From Candidatus Spechtbacteria bacterium (GTDB taxonomy: Bacteria; Patescibacteriota; Minisyncoccia; Spechtbacterales; JACPHP01), in assembly GCA_016188605.1 (NCBI GenBank), contig JACPHP010000003.1:16400-80399 (forward strand): DNA of 64,000 nt, read 5' to 3'. Below are positions 40,409 to 49,260 of the stretch, piece by piece (the first letter of the stretch is position 1; every line of letters begins with the position of its first letter). The notes under the pieces are model-generated. The model was not told the DNA's origin and searched no databases. It saw only the letters and a list, made by a program, of their open reading frames with translations. The position numbers were made by a program, and so were the translations under genes.

Positions 40409-41152
40409 ATGGGCATTCGTAAATCAAAAGTACATATAGAATGGTCGGCTGATTTCGCATACGCAATCGGGCTTATTACAACAGATGGCAATCTATCAAA
40501 AGATGGACGCCATATTAGTTTCACCTCTAAAGACAAAGAACTCATCATTACATTTAAAAAATGCTTGCAAATAGAAAATAAAATAGGGAGAAAAGGCAGA
40601 GGGTCTCAATTGGAAAAAAAATACTACGATGTCCAGTTTGGAGATATAAACTTTTACGAATTTCTGCAGTCTATAGGTCTATCTCCGCACAAATCTAAGA
40701 CCCTTTCTTCTTTAAAGATACCGGCAGCATTTTTCTTTGATTTCCTACGTGGTTGCTTTGATGGGGACGGTAGCGTTTATTCATATTGGGACAAAAGATG
40801 GCGAAGCAGCTTTATGTTTTATTTCAGCTTTTGTTCTGCGAGTATTGAATACACGAATTGGCTTCGTACAACTATTAAAAAACATGCAAATGTAAATGGT
40901 CACATAAATAAAGGTGCGAGAATTTTCCAACTAAAATATGCCAAAAAGGAAGCGGAAATTCTTTTTAATAAAATGTTTTACAGATCAAATCTTCCTTGTC
41001 TTAGAAGAAAAATAGAGAAAATAGAGAAAATTTTAATCATCAATAGACATGCGGACGTGGTGGAATCGGTAGACACGCAGGCTCGAGGGGCCTGTGGGAG
41101 CAATCCCGTGGAGGTTCAAGTCCTCTCGTCCGCACCAAACTTTGAATTGTGA
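40409..41152 (+). CDS. Free-standing LAGLIDADG homing endonuclease (two motifs)
   Basis: AYAIGLITTDGNL and FLRGCFDGDGSVY motifs. The reading frame runs through tRNA-Leu(GAG); the last 37 codons overlap the tRNA gene. Confidence 0.65.
   Translation: MGIRKSKVHIEWSADFAYAIGLITTDGNLSKDGRHISFTSKDKELIITFKKCLQIENKIGRKGRGSQLEKKYYDVQFGDINFYEFLQSIGLSPHKSKTLSSLKIPAAFFFDFLRGCFDGDGSVYSYWDKRWRSSFMFYFSFCSASIEYTNWLRTTIKKHANVNGHINKGARIFQLKYAKKEAEILFNKMFYRSNLPCLRRKIEKIEKILIINRHADVVESVDTQARGACGSNPVEVQVLSSAPNFEL
41041..41127 (+). tRNA. tRNA-Leu(GAG) with encoded CCA
   Basis: gcggacg-tg-gtgg-aatcggtag-acac, anticodon stem caggc/gcctg with loop tcGAGgg, long variable arm, T-arm ggagg-ttcaagt-cctct, acceptor cgtccgc-a-cca. 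Confidence 0.7.
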
Positions 41153-41222
41153 ATAATGAATACAGAATCATGAATGGCTAATTTTCCGTATTCATTATTC
41201 TTGATTCATTATTCTGTATTCT
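41131..41222. repeat. Family-1 AT-rich hairpin repeat
   Basis: ttgaattgtgaataatgaatacagaatcatgaat...attcattattcttgattcattattctgtattc. Confidence 0.55.
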
Positions 41223-41231
41223 ACGGTTAAC

Positions 41232-41305
41232 GCGCGATTAGCTCAGTTGGCTAGAGCGTCACATTGACATTGTGAAGGTCGCAGGTTCGAGCCCTGCATC
41301 GCGCA
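41232..41305 (+). tRNA. tRNA-Val(GAC)
   Basis: gcgcgat-ta-gctc-agttggcta-gagc-g-tcaca-ttGACat-tgtga-aggtc-gcagg-ttcgagc-cctgc-atcgcgc-a. Confidence 0.8.
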
Positions 41306-41347
41306 CACTTGTGCATTGTTGCACAAGTACATTTATAATAAGTTTAT

Positions 41348-41419
41348 GCCGGGCTAGCTCAGCGGTGGAGCGCTGCCCTGAAGAGGCAGGCGTGCCCAGT
41401 TCGACTCTGGGGCCCGGCA
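41348..41419 (+). tRNA. tRNA-Phe(GAA)
   Basis: gccgggc-ta-gctc-agcggt-ggagc-g-ctgcc-ctGAAga-ggcag-gcgtg-cccag-ttcgact-ctggg-gcccggc-a. Confidence 0.8.
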
Positions 41420-41584
41420 CATCAATTTTTGTAAAGCAAAAATTGAAATTTATAGGTAAATGTTTTAGACTTTGGTTATTGATATCTAGCATTTGTTTGG
41501 AAATTAAAAAATGAATTGGCAAAGTCCCGTTTTAGCTAAAACTGTGCGGGCCTTGCCACGCCGTAGCTCGCGAAGCGAGCGTAG

Positions 41585-41656
41585 GCGGGTGTCGTATAGT
41601 GGCTATTATATCTCCTTGCCATGGAGAAGACGGCAGTTCGATTCTGCTCACCCGCT
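41585..41656 (+). tRNA. tRNA-Gly(GCC)
   Basis: gcgggtg / cacccgc acceptor; anticodon stem tctcc/ggaga with loop ttGCCat; T-arm ggcag-ttcgatt-ctgct. Confidence 0.75.
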
Positions 41657-41721
41657 CTGCTTGACTAAAACAACCAAAACTATATTACTACTTTAGTATC
41701 GGAATAAAGGAGGAGTATCTC

Positions 41722-41985
41722 ATGTCACCTCGCGGTTATCTTCCCTCAATCATTGTTGATGGAACCGATTACGTATTTGTCAGTAACGAACGTAAGGATG
41801 GCCAACGAATCCTAAAGTACCTCGAAAACTCAATGGATTTGCACTTCATCATTAGAAGCGAAGCGCGCAACAGAAACGACGAAGTAGTGCCGGGTTACGT
41901 AGGCGTGTACATTTCCGAGGCCGACAAGTCTTCTGATGCCTACTTCAACTGGTGGAAAGCAACAATTCAAAGCCTTGCTGTATAG
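41722..41985 (+). CDS. Hypothetical small protein
   Basis: 87 aa. Strong AGGAGG RBS 7 nt upstream. Confidence 0.45.
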   Translation: MSPRGYLPSIIVDGTDYVFVSNERKDGQRILKYLENSMDLHFIIRSEARNRNDEVVPGYVGVYISEADKSSDAYFNWWKATIQSLAV

Positions 41986-42240
41986 AGGTGCTACCCTCAA
42001 AGGAGTGCCCTCGCACTAAAACGTGTGGGGGCTTTTTTTTATGCAAAGCTCGGTACAACAAACATCTCCTCACTTATCCAAAAGGTTTTAACGTCGCTCG
42101 TTAACCCACTCCAATTAGAACAGCTCCACAGTTGAGGGGCTGTTCTAATACACACACGATTCATATTTACAGAACATGGTTTCTATGCAAGTATATTCCA
42201 GCCATCACGTATACGGATAGCGAAAGGAGATACTAGCTAG

Positions 42241-42681
42241 ATGAGGACTAGAGCTAAAAAATCATCTAAAGCTTCGGCTAGCGAACTTGTCATCACGCCT
42301 TGCGACTATGATGACGAAACAGTCCATAGGTTCCTCAAAGGAGGCAAAGCCATGCTTATTGGCGGCCTACTTGCTCTAAATGAAGGAGCTAATATTGTTA
42401 GGGTTGTGCGCGCAATTAAGGCGCGGGTCGCGCAAAGTGAAGAAGATCATCTTTCCGGAGTCCACGGCTGGGTATTCATTAAAGGAGATCCATCTATAGA
42501 TGGTATGCATTATATAGAAAGTGGCCAAGGAGCCACTGGAGGCAATGTCTTTGATATCGCCATGACCTCGGTTCCATGCTTTGCGGCTATATTAAATGAC
42601 GAGATTGCGGAAAAGGGCGCTAACTGGCAGAATCTCTGTCAGGCCATAGATTTTGCCCTTGAATTTACAGAGAAATATTAA
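42241..42681 (+). CDS. Hypothetical protein
   Basis: 146 aa. GGAG RBS. No recognisable motif. Confidence 0.45.
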   Translation: MRTRAKKSSKASASELVITPCDYDDETVHRFLKGGKAMLIGGLLALNEGANIVRVVRAIKARVAQSEEDHLSGVHGWVFIKGDPSIDGMHYIESGQGATGGNVFDIAMTSVPCFAAILNDEIAEKGANWQNLCQAIDFALEFTEKY

Positions 42682-42769
42682 AGACGTTTTAGGTCAAAAA
42701 GCCCGCAAATGTGGGCTTTTTTCATATTTTTTGGACCAAAATGACACCACTTGTTCTGCCCCTTGTCTA

Positions 42770-42880
42770 TTGACCCCGTTAGAGATAAATGTGGAAAATT
42801 GGTTGGGGATAGAAGTAATAATCAGCCAACTTCAACACTTATACTATTTGGGGCATAAATCCCTAACGGGGTTGACTAAA
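42770..42880. repeat. MITE-like element (copy 3) with terminal inverted repeats TTGACCCCGTTAGAGATAAATG / CATAAATCCCTAACGGGGTTGAC
   Basis: 22-bp terminal inverted repeats (1 mismatch) enclose about 65 bp. Confidence 0.6.
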
Positions 42881-43062
42881 ATGCCGAAATATGATAACAT
42901 GATGAATTCTCCACAAATAGTGGAGATTTATTGTTTCTGGCAGTGGACCTTGGGTGTAAGCCCAAAGGCGAGCGCCAGTCCAAAGCCCTATGGATTGCAT
43001 AGAGCGGAGGAAGCCATAGAAATTCAGCATCGCGGCAAGACATAATCTTCTTTAGAGAGGAT

Positions 43063-43812
43063 ATGCCGGTAATAGAGCTAGGTGCGAGAAGCTTCCATAT
43101 CCCCCCAGATGGTCAAGGAAGCGTCTCAGTAAACCTCAATGGGATGGGGCAAAACATGGATTTCATCTTAAGTATGATAAATCTCTTATCAATAGGACGA
43201 AAAAGCATTTTCAGTATTGTTGCTTCAAGTCCCTACGGAGCTCTAGCAGTACTTATCTTAGTTATATTCGCATTTCCTCAGTATTCTCTTGGCAAGACGC
43301 TTACGTCTTCAGATGAAGTTCTTAACGGAACATGGAGCGTAAGTCCGTATGCAGTGGCTTCGACCCTTTCGACTGGTTCGACTCCTTCAATAAATTCCCC
43401 TCAATCTAATTCGGGTCAGGCACCACAACCCTCGCTTTCTCAATACGTAGTCATCAACTCTACAAGCATCAAATCATCCTCGCACCCAACAAGCGCGTCT
43501 ACAAGAAAACCGACTGCAAAACGTATGTGGTTAGTTGCTACAGCATATTCTTCAACACCAGACCAAACCGATTCCACTCCTTTTATTACAGCAAATGGGA
43601 CATACGTTCATAATGGTATTATTGCCGCGAACTTCTTACGCTTTGGCACAAGGGTTCGCATTCCTACAATCTACGGTGACAGAATCTTCACCGTTGAAGA
43701 CAGGATGAACGCGCGTTATTCATACCGCATTGATATTTGGATGCAAACACGAGAAGAGGCTATACAATTTGGTTCGCGAATCATACCAATTGAAATAGTA
43801 AGCGAATCCTAA
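43063..43812 (+). CDS. 3D-domain (MltA-like double-psi beta-barrel) cell-wall protein with S/T-rich linker
   Basis: C-terminal MWLVATAYSS...ITANGTYV...GIIAANFLRFGTRVRIP..YGDRIFTVEDRMNARY fits the 3D domain. N-terminal TM. Confidence 0.55.
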   Translation: MPVIELGARSFHIPPDGQGSVSVNLNGMGQNMDFILSMINLLSIGRKSIFSIVASSPYGALAVLILVIFAFPQYSLGKTLTSSDEVLNGTWSVSPYAVASTLSTGSTPSINSPQSNSGQAPQPSLSQYVVINSTSIKSSSHPTSASTRKPTAKRMWLVATAYSSTPDQTDSTPFITANGTYVHNGIIAANFLRFGTRVRIPTIYGDRIFTVEDRMNARYSYRIDIWMQTREEAIQFGSRIIPIEIVSES

Positions 43813-43814
43813 AA

Positions 43815-43857
43815 CTAAATCCCGTTCCGCCTAGGCGGAACGGGATTTAGTTTTTCA
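43815..43857 (+). terminator. Rho-independent terminator aaactaaatcccgttccgcctaggcggaacgggatttagttttt
   Basis: Perfect stem plus T-run after the 3D-domain gene. Confidence 0.65.
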
Positions 43858-43913
43858 ATCCATTTGTTGTTCATGGCGCCGAAAAACAGCCGTAAAGAGT
43901 TATGCACAGCACA

Positions 43914-43953
43914 CAAAACGAAACTCCCAATCCATGGATTGGGAGTTTCGTTT
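43914..43953. terminator. Hairpin aaaacgaaactcccaatccatggattgggagtttcgtttt
   Basis: Perfect palindromic stem flanked by an A-run and a T-run. Confidence 0.5.
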
Positions 43954-43956
43954 TGT

Positions 43957-44080
43957 GTGCCGGGAGAGGGAGTTGCCCTAAAGGGTCCGGGGCTGACGGT
44001 CGCCTAAAACGACATCGTCAGCCCTTCAACTCCCTATGCACGCAAAGCAGTTTGCGTGCGCTCCCGTCACTAAAAATTGG
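43957..44080 (-). other. tRNA-linked structured element, copy B (3' of tRNA-Leu UAA)
   Basis: Minus sense: gacgggagc-gcacgcaaaCUGCtttgcgtgc-ata-GGGAGTTGAAGG-[hairpin gctgacgatgtcg...cgaccgtcagc]-gcaactccctctcccggca. The 3' end repeats the tRNA's T-stem 3' strand and acceptor 3' strand. Confidence 0.5.
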
Positions 44081-44164
44081 TGCCGGGAGAGGGAGTTGAA
44101 CCCTCAAGGGCTTGCGCCCAGTGGATTTTAAGTCCACAGCGTATGCCAATTCCGCCATCCCGGC
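44081..44164 (-). tRNA. tRNA-Leu(UAA)
   Basis: Reverse complement: gccggga-tg-gcgg-aattggcat-ac..., anticodon stem gtgga/tccac with loop ctTAAaa, long variable arm, T-arm gaggg-ttcaact-ccctc. Confidence 0.75.
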
Positions 44165-44188
44165 TTTTTGCTTAAATTTTTTCCATTG

Positions 44189-44260
44189 AGGCGCCGGCGG
44201 GAATTGCACCCGCGAATGACGGTTTTGCAGACCGTAGTGTTGCTACTTCACCACAGCGCC
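44189..44260 (-). tRNA. tRNA-Cys(GCA)
   Basis: Reverse complement: ggcgctg / cggcgcc acceptor; anticodon stem acggt/accgt with loop ctGCAaa; T-arm gcggg-tgcaatt-cccgc; discriminator U. Confidence 0.7.
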
Positions 44261-44312
44261 TTAATTCACTTGTACCGAAAGCCAGGCTTCCACAAAACGC
44301 TTCCGCGAAACG

Positions 44313-45314
44313 TTAATCATTAATCAGTAAAGCTCTCGCCGCCTCTTTCAATTTCTCTTCCACCCGCTCAACGTTCCCTTCTACTTCAAACCCTGAAGCA
44401 TATTTATGCCCACCACCTCCTAGCAATTTCGCAATTGCCGACACATCAACTCCCTTAAACGGCTCGCTGCGCAAGCTTCCCTTTACCCGCCCCTCCTTAT
44501 ACTCTAGCAAGAATGCGGCAAAGCGCGATTCCTCAACCGTGTTTAGCGTTTCAACAACTCCCGACAGCTCATCTTGAGATATATCATAACCAGAAAATTG
44601 CGAAAAGGATACTGAAGCATACACCATTTTCAGCGTCTCATCAAGCTTAGTACGGCTAAAAATATCTCCCCAAGCCCTCAGTACATGGGGAGGTTTAGCA
44701 AATACATGCTGTTGAATTTGCGAAATGCTTGCGCCTTTTTCCATCAAATCCGCTGTTACGGAAAGCGCGCGCGCCGTGGTGTTGGCATGTACAAACCCGC
44801 CAGTGTCAGTAAAAATACCAGTCAACAAGCACTGCGCGCAATCACTTGAGATAGTAAGCTCCAATTCCCGCGCAAACAAATACAACAGCTCCGCTGTTGA
44901 CGAGCAGTCTGAATCAATAACCATCACATAGCCGCTCTGCCTATCAACTGGGTGATGATCAAAAGTAACCATCTTAACTTCTTTGCTTAAATATTGACTA
45001 GGAATGCCAAGCCGATCAACATTTCCATAATCAAGACCAATGATAAGATCGGCATCGGCAGGAAATGTAGAAACTATCTTTTTTGCGCCAGCCAAAAAAT
45101 ACATGCTCCCGGGAACGGGATCGCAAGAAAATCGTATCACGGTTATCCGCGGCAAATTTTTTTCAATCAAATCCGCAAGCCCGAGCATTGAACCAATAGC
45201 ATCGCCGTCCGGATTTTTATGAACAGCAATAGCCACGACTTTGCTTTTGGATATTTCTTCGTAGGCGGCTTTAAACAAAGAGGTGAATGATTCTTCGTAC
45301 ATAGCTAGAGACAA
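44313..45314 (-). CDS. nrnA: DHH/DHHA1 family phosphoesterase (NrnA-like)
   Basis: 333 aa. HKNPDGDAIGS (DHH motif I), DHH, and GGGH (DHHA1) motifs. Confidence 0.7.
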   Translation of the reverse strand: MSLAMYEESFTSLFKAAYEEISKSKVVAIAVHKNPDGDAIGSMLGLADLIEKNLPRITVIRFSCDPVPGSMYFLAGAKKIVSTFPADADLIIGLDYGNVDRLGIPSQYLSKEVKMVTFDHHPVDRQSGYVMVIDSDCSSTAELLYLFARELELTISSDCAQCLLTGIFTDTGGFVHANTTARALSVTADLMEKGASISQIQQHVFAKPPHVLRAWGDIFSRTKLDETLKMVYASVSFSQFSGYDISQDELSGVVETLNTVEESRFAAFLLEYKEGRVKGSLRSEPFKGVDVSAIAKLLGGGGHKYASGFEVEGNVERVEEKLKEAARALLIND

Positions 45315-45335
45315 TTCAATACTAATTTAGAATTT

Positions 45336-45671
45336 TTACTCCGTATCCAACAATCGCAACGCCTTCTCTGTCTCCGCCGCTTCTTTCTCCACTTCATCAA
45401 CACGGAAAATCAATCGAGGAACATGCTTCATGAATAAACGCTTGTTGAGTTCGCTTTGAATCTGCGGAACAACACGCTCTAAATCTGCAAGTATTTGCTT
45501 TGCTCTATCAAAAGGATAGATGCTCAAAAAAACTTTGGTGGTGCTTAAATCTTGCGCCACGCTCACGCGCGTGACCGTTACAATACTATCCTTTGGCGAG
45601 AAGGTTTCGTGAAGTATAGAGCTTGCTTCGCGCTGAATAAGTTCTTGTACCCTTTCAATTCGTCGAGGCAT
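45336..45671 (-). CDS. rbfA: Ribosome-binding factor A
   Basis: 111 aa. N-terminal RRIERVQELIQRE...VTRVSVAQDLSTTKVF pattern typical of RbfA. Immediately downstream of infB. Confidence 0.75.
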   Translation of the reverse strand: MPRRIERVQELIQREASSILHETFSPKDSIVTVTRVSVAQDLSTTKVFLSIYPFDRAKQILADLERVVPQIQSELNKRLFMKHVPRLIFRVDEVEKEAAETEKALRLLDTE

Positions 45672-45847
45672 AGGTATAAATTAAAAATTGTCAGCCAGAG
45701 GCTGATCCGCCTTTGGCGGAAAAATTACTATGAAAAAAAATTACGGCGTGCCGCAAAGCGGCACTATATACATTGCGTTTTGCCCCGCAGCTGCGGGGCA
45801 AAACGCAATCCCACACTTTTTCATTTTTCATTTTCTATTTTTCATTT

Positions 45848-47425
45848 TTATACTGTCATCTTCTTCTTTTCCACGCTGAAAAATTCCAACACATCACCTA
45901 CTTCTATTCTAACCCCTCCTTCGTACAGCACACCGCACTCATCTCCTTTATTTACTTTTTCCATGTCTTTGTCTTGAATCTTGATGCGAATGATTTTTCC
46001 TTCGCCAATTTTTTCTTCATTTCGCATGACGCTTACATGTGCGCCGCGCTTGGCTTCGCCTTCTATCACGCGGCCGCCGACAATCATGCGATTCTTTTCT
46101 GTGCGGAAAAGCGCTATAACGCGCAGTTTTCCAGTCTCTACCTCTACTATTTCGTTTATCAGCATTTCTTCCATTACTTCACGTATGCCCTGCACGAGGT
46201 TGTATATAATATCATATGATAAAATTGTCACTCCCATCTGATGCGCGAAGTTTTGCGCGGCCGGCATAACGCCTACGCGAAAACTAATAATCACCGCCTT
46301 GCCGCTTGAGGCAAGTTTAACGTCTGATTCGTTTACATCGCCAACGTTTTCAAAAAGCACTCGGAGAATAACATGCTCTGACGGCAAGGCGCGCACAAGC
46401 TCATGAACTGCTTCCAAACTGCCATGCACATCTGCCTTTAGGATAAGATTTAGAACTTTCCGATCTCCAGAAAAATCTAGCACATCACCTTCCTGATCTT
46501 TCTTAGACTTTTCTGCTGTGTATGCTTGCGCTTCTTCAAGGGTAGAAAATACTTCAAATTTATCGCCAACTTCAGGCGCGTCTTGAAGACCAAGCACGAG
46601 TACGGGCATTGATGTTGAAGCAACATCAACTGCGCGCCCCAAAAAATCTTCCATTGATTTAATTTTACCAGACACGGAGTTTGTTGCCACAATATCCTGT
46701 CTGCGCAGCTCGCCTTCGCGCACAAGCAACGTCGCAGCAAAACCACGGCGAGAATCCATAAACGATTCAATCACCGCGCCTTTAGCCGGTCCCTCAATAC
46801 GTGTTTCCGTGCCCTCAACTTCCCAAAGTAAAAGTATGGTGTCCAAAAGTTCCTCAATGCCAGCGCCTGTTTTAGCAGATACTTCTACCACAGGAACAGT
46901 GCCGCCAAATCCCTCAACCAAGACTTCTTCCTCTAAAAGCTGGGTTTTTACTTTCATTGCGTCTGCTGCTGGCTTATCCATCTTGTTCATAACTACAATG
47001 TACGGAATAGCCGCTTGTTTGATGTGCTGGATTGCTTCTTTAGTTTGTGGTTTTATGCCGTCCTCTGCCGCAACCACCAAAAGCGCGATATCTGCCACAT
47101 GTGCGCCTCGCGCGCGCATGGCATGAAACGCTTCATGCCCCGGGGTATCCAAAAAAGTAATAGGTTGCTGTTTTTGAAGCACCTGATACGCGCCTACGTG
47201 CTGAGTGATGCCACCTGTTTCTTTTTCCGCCACTCTGCTTTTACGAATATAATCAAGAATAGAAGTTTTGCCATGGTCAACGTGACCAAGAATAACAACA
47301 ACGGGCGGGCGCGTGCCCACCTTATATTGCTTCGATGCGCCAGCTTGTCCGCCAGAACTTTGGCGAAGGCGATCTTCAGTTGTTTTTGTTACTTTGTCCA
47401 TAGGGTAAATAAAATAGGATAGCAA
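45848..47425 (-). CDS. infB: Translation initiation factor IF-2 (short form lacking N-terminal domains)
   Basis: RPPVVVILGHVDHGKTSILD G1 motif, DTPGHEAF, NKMD, and the C-terminal beta-barrel domains. Confidence 0.9.
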   Translation of the reverse strand: MLSYFIYPMDKVTKTTEDRLRQSSGGQAGASKQYKVGTRPPVVVILGHVDHGKTSILDYIRKSRVAEKETGGITQHVGAYQVLQKQQPITFLDTPGHEAFHAMRARGAHVADIALLVVAAEDGIKPQTKEAIQHIKQAAIPYIVVMNKMDKPAADAMKVKTQLLEEEVLVEGFGGTVPVVEVSAKTGAGIEELLDTILLLWEVEGTETRIEGPAKGAVIESFMDSRRGFAATLLVREGELRRQDIVATNSVSGKIKSMEDFLGRAVDVASTSMPVLVLGLQDAPEVGDKFEVFSTLEEAQAYTAEKSKKDQEGDVLDFSGDRKVLNLILKADVHGSLEAVHELVRALPSEHVILRVLFENVGDVNESDVKLASSGKAVIISFRVGVMPAAQNFAHQMGVTILSYDIIYNLVQGIREVMEEMLINEIVEVETGKLRVIALFRTEKNRMIVGGRVIEGEAKRGAHVSVMRNEEKIGEGKIIRIKIQDKDMEKVNKGDECGVLYEGGVRIEVGDVLEFFSVEKKKMTV

Positions 47426-47868
47426 TCAATACGACGGGCGAAAAAATCGTTTACGCAATACCTCTAATTTAACCAGAAAATGACGAAAAATTCAAGGGGC
47501 TATTGATTTTATCAATACCTTACTACAAAGACATAAGATGTAACTACTCACGCCCTTTTTGCCTCCCGCCATTGCGATCCCCGCCAGAGGCGGGCAGGTG
47601 CCCAGGGCGGAGTGGCAATCCCGTTAAACTTAAACGAATACAAAATTGCTTCGCTACTGCTCGCAATGACGTTATGGGAAAGGATGAGCGATTGCATTAC
47701 CGCATTATTTACCTATATTTGCTTACGTGTTATCTTAAATTACAAACGGTGGGGTGCCTTGGGACCAAGGTCCATCAGCCCTGGGCTGAGAGTGAATTAC
47801 TTTATGTATTATGTGTATATATTAAAAATAGAATAAAATATCTTTTGCAAAAAGATTGAATAGCTTAC

Positions 47869-47955
47869 GGTGGGGTGCCTGAGTGGTTGAAGGGGACGGT
47901 CTCGAACACCGTTAGAGGAGAAATCCTCTCGTGGGTTCAAATCCCACCCCCACCG
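47869..47955 (+). tRNA. tRNA-Ser(CGA)
   Basis: ggtgggg / ccccacc acceptor; anticodon stem acggt/accgt with loop ctCGAac; long variable arm tagaggagaaatcctctcg; T-arm gtggg-ttcaaat-cccac. Confidence 0.75.
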
Positions 47956-48087
47956 CAACGAACGAAGTGAGTGAGAATGGGGAGCGACACAACTGCTTGT
48001 GTCGCGTGTGGGATTTGAAGGGTTTACGATGTCTCGCTAGACGAGACCGTAAACCCAGGGCACATTAATCCTCCCACCCCCACCGCA
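47956..48087 (+). other. tRNA-linked structured element, copy D (3' of tRNA-Ser CGA)
   Basis: gaatggggagc-gacacaaCUGCttgtgtc-gcgt-GTGGGATTTGAAGGG-[hairpin tttacgatgtctcg...cgagaccgtaaa]-...-tcccacccccaccgca. The 3' end repeats the tRNA-Ser T-stem 3' strand plus acceptor. Confidence 0.5.
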
Positions 48088-48114
48088 AAGTTAGAAGAAG
48101 AAAGGAGTATTGTA

Positions 48115-48711
48115 ATGAACCTTACTATTATTTTCGCGGTAGCAGCTCTAGCTTGCTTAATATTTATCTACGGATTCTTTTATACCCCAAAACTTCGCGC
48201 GCAACGTAAAGCTAAAAAACAGCAAGCTAAAAAACTAGAGGAAGAAATCAGATCGCAAAAAGCCGCGGCGAAACTCCGCGCATGGCAAATGCTTGAGCCG
48301 ATGCTCACGCCCAAACAACTATTGCAAAAAGAAAAATATGGTTATATCCTAGAAAAAGGGTCGTGGGGTTATTATCTTATTCCCATGAAGCGCATAACAG
48401 TTCTTTTTCAATCGTATTCAACCACCGAAGCACTAAAACAAAGAATGAATGCCTATGAAACTGGCAGAATAACACAATATGCTGCGCGCGCAGAGCGTTG
48501 CTCTATTTGCTTAAATGATACGGGATGCGAAGCGCCTTGGTATGATGCCGTAGCCACTTTTCTTTATACTATTCGTGGCGGAGACGAAGTTGTTATTTTT
48601 GAAAAAGGAGTTGTGCTATCGCTTAGCTTTTTAACGGACAACTACTCTAATATTCTGAATCTTCTTAGCGAAGCGTTAGCAAGCGCAACAGAGCAAAGGA
48701 GCGACCAATGA
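48115..48711 (+). CDS. Hypothetical protein with N-terminal TM and K-rich coiled segment
   Basis: 198 aa. AAAGGAG RBS 8 nt upstream. Confidence 0.5.
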   Translation: MNLTIIFAVAALACLIFIYGFFYTPKLRAQRKAKKQQAKKLEEEIRSQKAAAKLRAWQMLEPMLTPKQLLQKEKYGYILEKGSWGYYLIPMKRITVLFQSYSTTEALKQRMNAYETGRITQYAARAERCSICLNDTGCEAPWYDAVATFLYTIRGGDEVVIFEKGVVLSLSFLTDNYSNILNLLSEALASATEQRSDQ

Positions 48712-48980
48712 ACATCCTCACCAAAACAAGTCCGAAGGGCGATGAACTTGTTGCGACGTGGAATCCTGCGAAGGTTGCCGAGGGCGATCCCGAAGCTCTC
48801 GCCGCAGTAGCCGAGGCAGAACGTATTTTTGAAGAGTTACGCACGGGCAAGAACCCACAAAAAATTGCCTACACCCCATTTGCAATCGATGATCCCGTTA
48901 CGCGAAATGGCCATCAAATCGACAAGTTTGAGCCGATGGCAGGCGAAATCTCCATGCGCCACCCGATTGCCGGCGGCTAA
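48708..48980 (+). CDS. Hypothetical small protein (translationally coupled, ATGA overlap)
   Basis: 90 aa. Start overlaps the upstream stop codon. Confidence 0.4.
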   Translation: MNILTKTSPKGDELVATWNPAKVAEGDPEALAAVAEAERIFEELRTGKNPQKIAYTPFAIDDPVTRNGHQIDKFEPMAGEISMRHPIAGG

Positions 48981-48992
48981 AACCAACTCACC

Positions 48993-49030
48993 AAAAGGCC
49001 TTCTGCCAAGAGCAGAAGGCCTATTTTTAT
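48993..49030 (+). terminator. Rho-independent terminator aaaaggccttctgccaagagcagaaggcctattttta
   Basis: Perfect 11-bp stem plus T-run. Confidence 0.7.
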
Positions 49031-49260
49031 AGACCAAACAAGCAAAGGACTATTTTACGATTTGCTTCCACAGCCAGATAAGGGCAAGCACACCGACTAA
49101 AAGCCAAATTAGCAATCCCAGCCCCATAATCGACATCCAGAACCCTCCTCCTAAGCCAAAACTTTGCATCATATTCCAATCATAATAATTCATCATAATA
49201 GAATTGTGGTTAAACTTTAACGACCTTTTGATGATGGTATGCTACCGCAATAATGCGATA

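Noticed and set aside
47503-47859. 118-aa and 74-aa plus-strand ORFs between infB and tRNA-Ser
   Set aside because: The region is non-coding in character: GC-rich motif repeat, a partial tRNA-Ser 5' duplicate at 47748, AT-rich promoter-like sequence. The ORFs lack RBS and conservation cues.
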